DNA of 36,800 bases from an uncultured Alphaproteobacteria bacterium (GTDB lineage: Bacteria > Pseudomonadota > Alphaproteobacteria > Rs-D84 > CASDRH01): assembly GCA_963541805.1 (NCBI GenBank), contig CAUTVF010000002.1:1-36800 (forward strand), read 5' to 3'. The notes under the pieces were generated by a model. It was not told the origin of the DNA, searched no databases, and was given only the letters and a program-made list of their open reading frames with translations. The position numbers and the translations under genes are program-made. Position 1 is the first letter of the stretch. Every line of letters starts with the position of its first letter. Below, in pieces: positions 7,675 to 16,800 of this stretch.

Positions 7675-9110
7675 GATTTTGAATTTTTAAATATTTGGAG
7701 TAAAGAATTATAGAATTTATGAATTTCTTTTGGAGTATTTGCTTTAAAAAATTCGAAATTGTCAATCGAATCAATCACCTTGCTTGCAGAAATTGCACTC
7801 GAATTTCTCGGAGTTTCAACGACTTTTACTCCAGGTAAATATTTTGCAACTTGATTGGAATAGTCCTCAAATCGATCAGTTCCGCATAAAATAACATTTA
7901 TATTAATTGGACATTTACTAACAATACTTGGCAAATATCCAGAATTTACATTTATAATGTCAATACTTGGGAATGCTGCTTTTAGCATTTGATTTCTAAT
8001 AATTTCATAATTTTTTGTTTCCTTATTTGAAACAAGTGCAATTACTCCGCCATCATATTTTTTTAATCCATTTTTAATAATATCATAGTGAGCGTTTGTT
8101 AAAATTCTCATTTTACCTAAAAATAAGAAATTATTATTTCCCTCAAAATGCTGAATTAATTTCTTTTTTGCTAAACTTTGAATATCGTCTTTTATTTGAG
8201 TTAAATTTTTCTTTGGATGCTGAAACGTTATTTTATAATTCTTTATTGCATTTGAAAGGTTTATGAGCGAGTCAGAAATTTGACCTTTTAGCGGAATTCC
8301 ATTCAATAATAAATCTGCCGATTTCCCAACAAAATTCCAATAATCAGATTCTGTTGTAGAATCGGCTCTCCATTTGTCTTTTATAATTGCTCTTGCTGCT
8401 TGATCGACTTGATAAGATTGTTGAATTTTGACTTTATAATTTGGATAATTTAAAACAACACCTTCTTCCTTGCCTCCAAATTTTGAATCCAAATCAAGCA
8501 ATATTTTTGAAACTTCTGATATGAATTCCAAACAACTTTCATATGAATCTAAATCCAATTTAACTTTGCATTTAAAATCTTTTAAGAAGCCCTCAAAAAC
8601 AACCGGAGGTTCCGGAATTCTAAGTATTTTAGAATATTGACTTCTTAATGCAGTTTCAAATCCAGAAGCATTTGATTTTACAATACCATTTGAAATTCTG
8701 ATTGAACTGCTTGAATAAGCAAGAATTGTTAGGCCGTGTTTTGAATAATTTGAACTGAGAGTCGGCTTCTTCATTGCGAATTCACAAAATATTTCTGTAT
8801 TTATTGGAATTGATTTATAATTTGAAATTGTTTTTAAATGATCAAAAATTAATTTAAATTGTGAATTAGCAATTGAGCTAGTTCGGATTTCAGAATCAGT
8901 TGAATAACTATATTCATTTGGATATTGAATCTGCCCTTTATATGCAACAATAAAATCTTTTAATGGATTTCCAGAATTATCAATATGGTATAGTGATATT
9001 TTAACACCATCTATTTTTTGCTCGATTTTTACTGGATTTGTCAGTAGTTCAATAACTTTTTTATAATTATTTAAATAATTTGAAATAGGTTTAATCGAAA
9101 TATCGAGCAT
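7671..9110 (-). CDS. ligase-like covalent nucleotidyltransferase fused to an HxGH/ISxT-type (cytidylyl/adenylyl-transferase-like) C-terminal domain
   Basis: Ligase motifs: I KIDG, III EIFCEF, IV EEGVVL, V YKVKIQ. The C-terminus has FLGKMRILTNAHYDII (degenerate HxGH) and SAISASKV (ISxT-like). Ends in the rare stop TAG. Confidence 0.6.
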   Translation of the reverse strand: MLDISIKPISNYLNNYKKVIELLTNPVKIEQKIDGVKISLYHIDNSGNPLKDFIVAYKGQIQYPNEYSYSTDSEIRTSSIANSQFKLIFDHLKTISNYKSIPINTEIFCEFAMKKPTLSSNYSKHGLTILAYSSSSIRISNGIVKSNASGFETALRSQYSKILRIPEPPVVFEGFLKDFKCKVKLDLDSYESCLEFISEVSKILLDLDSKFGGKEEGVVLNYPNYKVKIQQSYQVDQAARAIIKDKWRADSTTESDYWNFVGKSADLLLNGIPLKGQISDSLINLSNAIKNYKITFQHPKKNLTQIKDDIQSLAKKKLIQHFEGNNNFLFLGKMRILTNAHYDIIKNGLKKYDGGVIALVSNKETKNYEIIRNQMLKAAFPSIDIINVNSGYLPSIVSKCPININVILCGTDRFEDYSNQVAKYLPGVKVVETPRNSSAISASKVIDSIDNFEFFKANTPKEIHKFYNSLLQIFKNSKS

Positions 9111-9136
9111 TTAAAATCCTGGAAATTTTAAATTAT

Positions 9137-9790
9137 TTATTCAAATGTAAATAATTGTGCAACTCTATAATATATTTTCTTATGATAACCTGCAGTTTGG
9201 GAACCATAATAACGCATAAGCATTGATTCGGTAATATTTTTTGCTTTTGGTAATTTTGGTAATTTTTTAAGTTCATTTAAAATAAAGGCAGAGGCAGCAA
9301 CATTTGCTTCTATTTCAAACAAATCGGATCTTATTTTAGCAATGTTAGCATTTCTAAGTTTAGTTCCCCAAAATTCCCATACAACTCCGCCAAGACCAAC
9401 TGCTTTTATTTTCTTATTTAGGCTTTTGATATATGTCGAATTGTGCTCGATCTTTGGATGCATTTCTGATTCTGTTTTTAAAACAGCATAAAGAATACAA
9501 GGATCAACATCATAAATATCACTATATTTGAATATACTTGACATTATTTCGGATTTTTCGGATTTTGATAAATGATTATAAGAATCCAAGTCAGATTGCA
9601 TTGCGACTTGATAATTTTTTGTGAAATCAATATAATTCTCGTAATATGCATTTTTTAATGCGAGAAAAGCGAGATCAAGTTTAATAGTATTATTATGCGT
9701 AGTCTCTGGAACTGATGCAATTGAGAGTTTTACAAAGACGCATAATATAATTATTAAAACGCCTAAAACTCCGTAATTGATTTTACTCAT
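9137..9790 (-). CDS. membrane-anchored lytic transglycosylase (SLT-domain-like), candidate endolysin
   Basis: N-terminal hydrophobic anchor INYGVLGVLIIILCVFV. Also LKTESEMHP (catalytic E-S) followed by VGLGGV. Confidence 0.5.
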   Translation of the reverse strand: MSKINYGVLGVLIIILCVFVKLSIASVPETTHNNTIKLDLAFLALKNAYYENYIDFTKNYQVAMQSDLDSYNHLSKSEKSEIMSSIFKYSDIYDVDPCILYAVLKTESEMHPKIEHNSTYIKSLNKKIKAVGLGGVVWEFWGTKLRNANIAKIRSDLFEIEANVAASAFILNELKKLPKLPKAKNITESMLMRYYGSQTAGYHKKIYYRVAQLFTFE

Positions 9791-9961
9791 TTTAGGTATT
9801 TCCTTTTAAAACTATTTATTTTTTGTATTTTTAAATATTACAAAATTGCTTTGTATATTTTAAAATTAACAAAAATTCAATGTAACTTGAAATGTTTGTC
9901 AATTTTAAATTTTTAAGAATGCAAAAATATAACAAAATTGCTTCATAGAAAGGGCATTTTG

Positions 9962-10261
9962 TCAATCCCAAAACTTATTTAAATTATCGCGATAAAGATT
10001 CCAGAAGTTTTTCCAACGAACTTCACACTCTTCAGCAGATCCTTCTAAATCGATTATTTTTTCAAGCATTTCAATTAATTCGTTAATTGTTACCAAATCG
10101 TTTTCAAAACCTTCATAGTGGCATTTATTCCAATAATCGCGTTTTATTTTAAGTTGAACTAGTAGTAAGTCCAAATCAAATCCATAATCATACCAACGGT
10201 AACTCCAAATGACTTTGAAAAATCGTTTAAGCATTTTTAAGCTATCAAAGAATTGCTGCAA
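9962..10261 (-). CDS. hypothetical protein (TTG start)
   Basis: 99-aa ORF. The start codon is TTG, preceded by AGGAG with a 6-nt spacer. Confidence 0.5.
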   Translation of the reverse strand: MQQFFDSLKMLKRFFKVIWSYRWYDYGFDLDLLLVQLKIKRDYWNKCHYEGFENDLVTINELIEMLEKIIDLEGSAEECEVRWKNFWNLYRDNLNKFWD

Positions 10262-10274
10262 TTTGAACTCCTAT

Positions 10275-10424
10275 TTTAAGAAGTGCAAAGAAAAAAGTTG
10301 TCATTATAAGCATATTTAATATTAATACTATAAAAGTATTTTTAATTTCAAGAACCAATAACTGCGCAACAAATAATGCAAAGGATATAAAAACCAAAAT
10401 AAAAATATAAGCAAATAGTAACAT
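10275..10424 (-). CDS. 49-aa hydrophobic micro-protein (two predicted TM segments); not in the ORF track
   Basis: My translation: MLLFAYIFILVFISFALFVAQLLVLEIKNTFIVLILNMLIMTTFFLCTS. SD AAAGGAT lies 6 nt upstream of the ATG. Confidence 0.4.
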
Positions 10425-10436
10425 TTCAAAATCCTT

Positions 10437-10505
10437 TTAGAAAACATAAAAACTAAAAATAAGCAGCGCCGCTAAACAAACAAATAAAAGATTCGGCTCA
10501 AGCAT
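10437..10505 (-). CDS. 22-aa hydrophobic micro-protein; not in the ORF track
   Basis: My translation: MLEPNLLFVCLAALLIFSFYVF. SD AAGGAT overlaps the stop of the preceding micro-ORF. Confidence 0.35.
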   Translation of the reverse strand: MLEPNLLFVCLAALLIFSFYVF

Positions 10506-10507
10506 TG

Positions 10508-10585
10508 TTAATCCTTTGATGCAGTATAAATTGTAAATAAAACGACAAAAAATGTGCAAATAATTGCAATAGAATTTGTATCCAT
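10508..10585 (-). CDS. 25-aa hydrophobic micro-protein; first ORF behind a promoter cassette; not in the ORF track
   Basis: My translation: MDTNSIAIICTFFVVLFTIYTASKD. SD GAAAGGAT lies upstream, with a TATAAT box and the 34-nt motif further upstream. Confidence 0.35.
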   Translation of the reverse strand: MDTNSIAIICTFFVVLFTIYTASKD

Positions 10586-10664
10586 ATTAAATCCTTTCTT
10601 TTGATTGTATTATACCTAAATTTAGCTTAAAAATCACTGAATAAAAATATAGATTTTAAAATAA

Positions 10665-10699
10665 GTAGACGTAGTGCCTCCAAGATTTAGTTTGATCCC
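10665..10699 (-). promoter_or_regulatory. 34-nt conserved upstream motif, copy B (79 nt upstream of ATG 10585)
   Basis: gtagacgtagtgcctccaagatttagtttgatcc. Confidence 0.6.
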
Positions 10700-10932
10700 T
10701 TTTGAATATTTATTATATTCAAAAAAAGTTTACTTAATTTTATGCCTCGCATTATAAAAGTTAATTTTTTGATTTTTAATTTGGGATTTATAAAAATGCA
10801 AAATTTTACTAATTTTATACTAAAGTATAATTTGAGTAATTTTTTGATTTTTAATACAAGTTTGAATTTTTAAATGGATTTTGATTTTTTTTACGGAATT
10901 TAAACGGAGATTTTAAGTGCGTAATTTTTAGA

Positions 10933-11002
10933 GCACCATACTAGAAATTTTTATTTTATTATATAAATTTATATAATAAAATAAATTTAATTTCCGGTCG
11001 CC
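10933..11002. repeat. core long palindrome, copy 3
   Basis: gcaccatactagaaattttt...atataaatttatataataaaa...tttccggtcgcc. Confidence 0.7.
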
Positions 11003-11090
11003 TTCAAAAAATACTTATGAAATGCATAAGCATAAAATTAGTAATTTTTTGATTTGTAGATTCAAAATTTAGTAGTTAGAATATTGAAAA

Positions 11091-12146
11091 TTAATCAAAT
11101 GAAATATTGTTATAAATTTCGAATTTAAATCGAATTTTATATTTTGTCGGTAATTTGGAAGATTCAGATTCTCCAAGTTCTGGAACTTGTAAATTTAAAT
11201 CTAATTCAGGATTTATATCAAATCTTGCAACACTTAAAAAATCCAATTCAGAAATTGTTACTTTTAATAAGTCATTAAGTTTTAAAAAAATCGGATTTGA
11301 ATTAAAAATATATTTTGTATCTTTTAGTGCAAACGAATCTGGTAACTTTTTTAAATCAGTATGATAAATTTTTGAGCCATTAACACTATAATATAATGTA
11401 TATTCGGCATCAATTTCAATTGTAGATCCAGCCGGAATTTTATTCAAATCCGGATTTATTCGAAATCCATCGGAATCTAAAATTCTAACAATTTCATAAT
11501 TTGAGCTTTTTGAAAGTTTAAAAAATTGAGGCTCAAATACCGCAGTTTCATATAATTTTGGCATTTTAAATATTTCGGATGCAATTGGATCATCAATTCC
11601 AGAATCTGCATAAAATAGTTTTGTATAATCAGTATTTAATGTATCCGCATCCTCGATATCCGTATTCAAATCATTTATACTAATTGGGAATTCGCGAGAT
11701 TCAAAATCAACAGTATCAACATTTAAATCGTCTAATATTTTAAATTGATAAGTTTCATCGAGTTTAGTTGTATCAATAAAATTCTCAAATTTATCAACAG
11801 TGTCATAAATATCAACATATCCTGATTTCCATCCATAAATGCTTTGATAAAATCCTTGCTGAACAAATCCAAAACTATCATAAATTTTTGGAATATTATC
11901 ATTTAATGAAAATGTTATTAGATTTCCAAAGTTTTTATGAAGCTCTCCGTTAATTTCAAAAGTATCATAAATAAAAAGTCCAGAATTTCCAACATATTCA
12001 ACGGAACCGCTAAAATCTAAATTTCTGCCATTTACATTAAAATGTGAAACTACAGGATGATAGTAATGCGCGAATATTTTTTCGGATTCTAAATCTTTTG
12101 AATATTTCACATATCCAGAATTGCGAAACCAAGGATCAAAAGACAT
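11091..12146 (-). CDS. virion structural protein (baseplate/fibre operon), function unknown
   Basis: 351-aa ORF, last in the baseplate operon. Its frame stays open upstream for 41 codons to the TAG of the preceding ORF. Confidence 0.6.
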   Translation of the reverse strand: MSFDPWFRNSGYVKYSKDLESEKIFAHYYHPVVSHFNVNGRNLDFSGSVEYVGNSGLFIYDTFEINGELHKNFGNLITFSLNDNIPKIYDSFGFVQQGFYQSIYGWKSGYVDIYDTVDKFENFIDTTKLDETYQFKILDDLNVDTVDFESREFPISINDLNTDIEDADTLNTDYTKLFYADSGIDDPIASEIFKMPKLYETAVFEPQFFKLSKSSNYEIVRILDSDGFRINPDLNKIPAGSTIEIDAEYTLYYSVNGSKIYHTDLKKLPDSFALKDTKYIFNSNPIFLKLNDLLKVTISELDFLSVARFDINPELDLNLQVPELGESESSKLPTKYKIRFKFEIYNNISFD

Positions 12147-12269
12147 TTTAGTTACTTCATTTGACGCAAAATCGGCGCTTTTGAAATCCTTTAAAACTTG
12201 CTTTGCAATTAAATCACTATTAAAATAACTTTCAAGTCTTTTTGAATTTCTAAAATTTATTTGATACCA

Positions 12270-13832
12270 CTATGAATCTCTTGTTGATTTACTATCAAAA
12301 TAGATATCCGGTCTAAAAGTAATCGATTCCATTAATAAATTATTAGAATCTCTTAATTCTATTGTATGATCTGCTGCGTCCAATTTTGGTATTTTAAATT
12401 TACCTGATTTAAATTGAGCTTCTGAAATTTCAAATGTATTTGAATCAATACTTAAGAAAAATGGGAATGTATCCGATTTTTCAATATTTGGAACATAAAA
12501 ATATACGTAATTTTTTAAAATCCTATCAAATATTGGCCTTATTTTATTTCTCGAAAGTCTATAAAGTGCTTTAAAATCAGACGGCTTTAGAGATCCGTTA
12601 ACAACTCGAGTTCCATATGAAACATCAGCAGTCGGGAGTCTATCCATTCCGAGTTTCCAATTTTTTGATCCTACAAAAACATTACCTGCGCCAACAACTA
12701 TTTTATTACCTGCAGTTTCTGCAAGACCAAAATCAAATTGAAATGATACTAAATCTTTTACTGATGTAACAATTTTAGAAGTATATGCAAGCTCAATTGC
12801 GCAATGTTTTGATTCAACTGGATATATTTTCTTTTCTTTAAATGGCTTTGAAGTTCCTAAAGGATAATAAAGAATTAAAGATCTTGGCTTTGAGATTTGA
12901 ACTAATCTTTCTCCGGATTCAAATTCAATTGTCAATGTTTTAACACCTTTTGATTCAACTTTATCAATTGATTTTATTGTATTATTAATGACTAATTTTA
13001 AATCTTCAAAATCCTCAAAAATACTATAAAATTTTCCAAATCTGGTAACATCCTTTTTAATTTTTGAATCGCAAACTATTTTAAGGGATTTTTTATTGTT
13101 ATATAATGTTTCATTTTTAAGACCAGTTTGAAATAAAAATCCAGTATTTGCTTTAAAGTCATCGGTAATGCCAGAATCACAAACAATTCTAAATGTTGTA
13201 ATATCAAATATTTCTTTGCTTAAAAAATAGTCTTTCCATCGAAGCTCATAAATTCTAAAATATATGTAAGCCCATCCAACTGGATGGGACAAAACTTTTA
13301 CGTAACTTTCAAAAATCTCTGGAAGCATTTCGCCTTCGACGATATATTCCAAAACATTTGGGCCTTCGTATATTTTGAATGCATCCGAGGTTTCAAGAAC
13401 TCCTTGTTCTAATGAAAATTTATTAATCAAATGATATATATATTCAATTGAATTAAATGTTCCTTTAGTTTGTCCGAATATTTTCCAAGTTTGGAGCATT
13501 TCTGAATTTAAATAATCAATTACATTGATATCAATTACTAAATCTTGCCATTTTTCATATTTTACGTGCTTATGATATTCTTTTAAAATATCAAGCAATT
13601 TATGATTGTTATTATTATCAGTTATGCACTTGTAAAAATCTGCAGCATATGTTTTTATAATTTCCTCATAAAGAACTGGATTTCCTGAATCAAATAATGC
13701 TTTAATATCAACGGAGACTTTTGAATGTTTCCAAATAAAATCAACGAAAACATCCATTGTATCCTTTATAAGTTTTATATTTTTAAAATTTTCTGGAATT
13801 ATTGCTTTTATTGCTGCTTTTGAATATGCCAT
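12270..13832 (-). CDS. virion structural protein (baseplate wedge operon), function unknown
   Basis: 520-aa ORF immediately downstream of the gp6-like gene. Ends in the rare stop TAG. Confidence 0.6.
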   Translation of the reverse strand: MAYSKAAIKAIIPENFKNIKLIKDTMDVFVDFIWKHSKVSVDIKALFDSGNPVLYEEIIKTYAADFYKCITDNNNNHKLLDILKEYHKHVKYEKWQDLVIDINVIDYLNSEMLQTWKIFGQTKGTFNSIEYIYHLINKFSLEQGVLETSDAFKIYEGPNVLEYIVEGEMLPEIFESYVKVLSHPVGWAYIYFRIYELRWKDYFLSKEIFDITTFRIVCDSGITDDFKANTGFLFQTGLKNETLYNNKKSLKIVCDSKIKKDVTRFGKFYSIFEDFEDLKLVINNTIKSIDKVESKGVKTLTIEFESGERLVQISKPRSLILYYPLGTSKPFKEKKIYPVESKHCAIELAYTSKIVTSVKDLVSFQFDFGLAETAGNKIVVGAGNVFVGSKNWKLGMDRLPTADVSYGTRVVNGSLKPSDFKALYRLSRNKIRPIFDRILKNYVYFYVPNIEKSDTFPFFLSIDSNTFEISEAQFKSGKFKIPKLDAADHTIELRDSNNLLMESITFRPDIYFDSKSTRDS

Positions 13833-16800
13833 TTATTTTCTTTCAATAAAATCATCAACATTATCAATAAAGAAATCTTTGAGAACTTCGTAATCAGTTA
13901 AATCATCAAATGTTATTGATCTCAATTTTAATAGTGAATTTCTAATTAATTTAAAGTTATCCGATGGATATTTTAAAATAAAATCCCTATTTGAATTAAC
14001 AACAGAATTTTGTAATTTAATTCTAATGTATGGAATTCTACCATTAAAAATTGTATATACTCCAACTATTTTCGAAGTTTTAAAATCCTTTATTGGGAAT
14101 TTAATATAACTTACTTTGCTAATATTTATAACACTTAATTCTTTCTTATCAATAATATATGGAATTAGATTTTTAATATTTGCATCATTTAATTCAAAAT
14201 CTGGCCCGACTAAACTAGTTACTTTTGATTTAAATTCTTTAGTTGCAGACTCCCATTTTGAATCTTCAATCTTATTGAAATAAGGTTTAGTATCACTAAA
14301 ATTTTTAATATCTGCAATATTACCAAAATCTTTGTGAATTACTTCATAGAGTATAGGCAAATTATCGGTAATTATTTTATTAGAACTATCAAAAATACCT
14401 TCTGGAGGTAAGTCCAAATAAATATATACTCCGCCTGGCCCTTCTTGTATCCTAATATCATATTTTGCTTCTTTTACAAAAACATCAATATTTTCTGAAT
14501 ATGGAACACCATTTGAATCGGTATAATTCAATGTAAAATTCGTCTTATTTGGACTTCTATAATTTTTAAGAATTATATATGGGAATTCATAAGTTAAAAT
14601 ACTATTATTTGGCAAATCAACGGATATTTGGCCTTTATCAGTAGCATAATTGTAAATTAAATTTCTGACATCGAATTTATTTTCATAATTTATAAAAAAT
14701 TGAAGTTCAGTTTTCTTAATTTTTGGAATTCTATCATATGTTTTAATTGGATTATATTCAGTTATATTTGAAAGATTTCTATTATAATATCCTAAACTAT
14801 CGTTTTCAACTGGAATAATTCTATTTAATTTTAATAATTCAGCCGGATAAATTCCAATTGATGCTCCATTTTGACTTTCATAAGTTGCAAGAGTTACTGC
14901 TAATTTTGTATCTCTCAAAACAACTGAAATTACCTTTTGATTTAGCATTTCCTGAGTAATTGAAACAACCTGAGTTTCTCCATTTGCTGTTATCTCAATC
15001 GTATCATTTACTTTTGCTTTTTTGCCAACCCAAATATTAACAATTTTTGAATCTCCGGATTCTTGAATATTATAATAAACATCGTCTAAATCAAAATTTT
15101 TAAATACATTATTTTGGTCTTGAGTAGCTTGTCTTGCTTCTGCTTCTGTTAATTTTGGAGATCCTAAAATTTGATTTTTGTATAGATCATTATTTTTATT
15201 GCCTTTTTCTACTTTATTGCTTTCAAAAATTACCTTATATGAATTAGCAGTCACAACACCAGCAAAATCTGCTCTGTGAATATCAGTATAAATTACAAAA
15301 CCACTCTGAATATCATCATATGTAAGAGTAAAAGTTTTCAAAATTTGTGGAACATTTTGATTTCCGTAAAGGCCATAAACATATATTTTATCACCAATTC
15401 TTGCATAATTTCCGGTAAATATTTTTAATTCGCTTGTTTCCTTATTTGTTTTAACACTATAAAAAATATTTTTATTTTTAAAATTATATAAATTAATATT
15501 TTTTGCAATTAATGAACTTCCGGAATAGCTTCTCAAAACTACCGAAATATCATCAGATACAACAGAATTATCCTTAAAATAAAAAGTTTTAGCATTTGAA
15601 CTAACATCATTTGGGGTTATAGTATATTTAAATTCTTTTTTCTCAACTCCATCAATTATAATTGTTTTATTAAAATAAAATGTAATAATATCACCAATTT
15701 CGGACAATGCAGAAATATTTAAACTAACAATTAAATTTTTTGTAATATCATCGTATTTTTGACTATAAAAACAGTTATCAGTTCTAAAATCTTTAATTTC
15801 CTCAAATTTTTGAGTCTTATTATTTTTATTTAAATTAATTGAAAAATACGGTTTAATTTCAACACCATTAGAAATACCAAGTTTTGTATCGACATATCGG
15901 ACTAAATTTGAAATAACAAACTCACTATCAAAATTTGAATTAGATTTAAAATATTCTTCAATAGTTTCAATTATTTGATTTCTTACCTCAATTTGGCTTA
16001 AATTATTTGGATATCTTTTGACATTAACTCTTAAATCAGTATCAATGTAAATTGGATTTTTAATATTATTACCAAGAGCTGGTAAATTATATTTGTCAAT
16101 TAAATCAATTATTCCGTTATTGTAAACAACTCCGTTTGATACAGAACTTGATGTAAGTTCAGAAATTAGTGGATATCTTTGAATATCCGAATTCCATTTT
16201 GAATCAATATTATATAAATTACTTGGAGTATTTGTGCTTGAATTTACTTTGCTATAGACATAAGTATTCGCGTTTAGATCAACTTCTTTTTCAAAATGCT
16301 CAATTTTATTTCGAACTCTTTTTGGCTTAATTGAAAAATATAGTTCGCCTTTTTGAATAGGATACTCATCCTCGCCGCCCCAAGTTTTAAAAGCTTCAAC
16401 GGAGTTATGAGTTTTTGCAATTGCACCATAATCATAAACAGTAACTGCTCTCGACGCCGAATTATATAGAAGTGGTGCATTATTTTTGATGCTTTCGATA
16501 TCCTCAAAATTTTGTCCTCTTTGGACAAATATATTTGTATTTTTCGTTAAATCAATTTTTGCGAAACTTGCTACATTTGAGCTATTGATACTTGCTGAAT
16601 TTAATGAATCAAAATTTCCGTCGATTCCAGAACTTCTCAAAACATTTACACGAATTCTTGCATTGTTTGGTAAACTATTTCCATAACTGCCAATTTTAAA
16701 ATAAAGGCGGCAATTACCAGTGTTAATATCATCTTTGCGAATATAAAAATTATTAAAATTATCTTTAATATCGACTAAATTTAAACTTCTTTTTTTAAAA

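Noticed and set aside
7464-7682. 72-aa plus-strand ORF inside an intergenic cassette, and 19084-19284 (-) likewise
   Set aside because: Both are composed entirely of the repeated palindromic modules that recur non-coding elsewhere (16-mer palindrome, mini-hairpin, core palindrome, 34-mer). There is no SD, and the reading frame is not preserved in the other copies.
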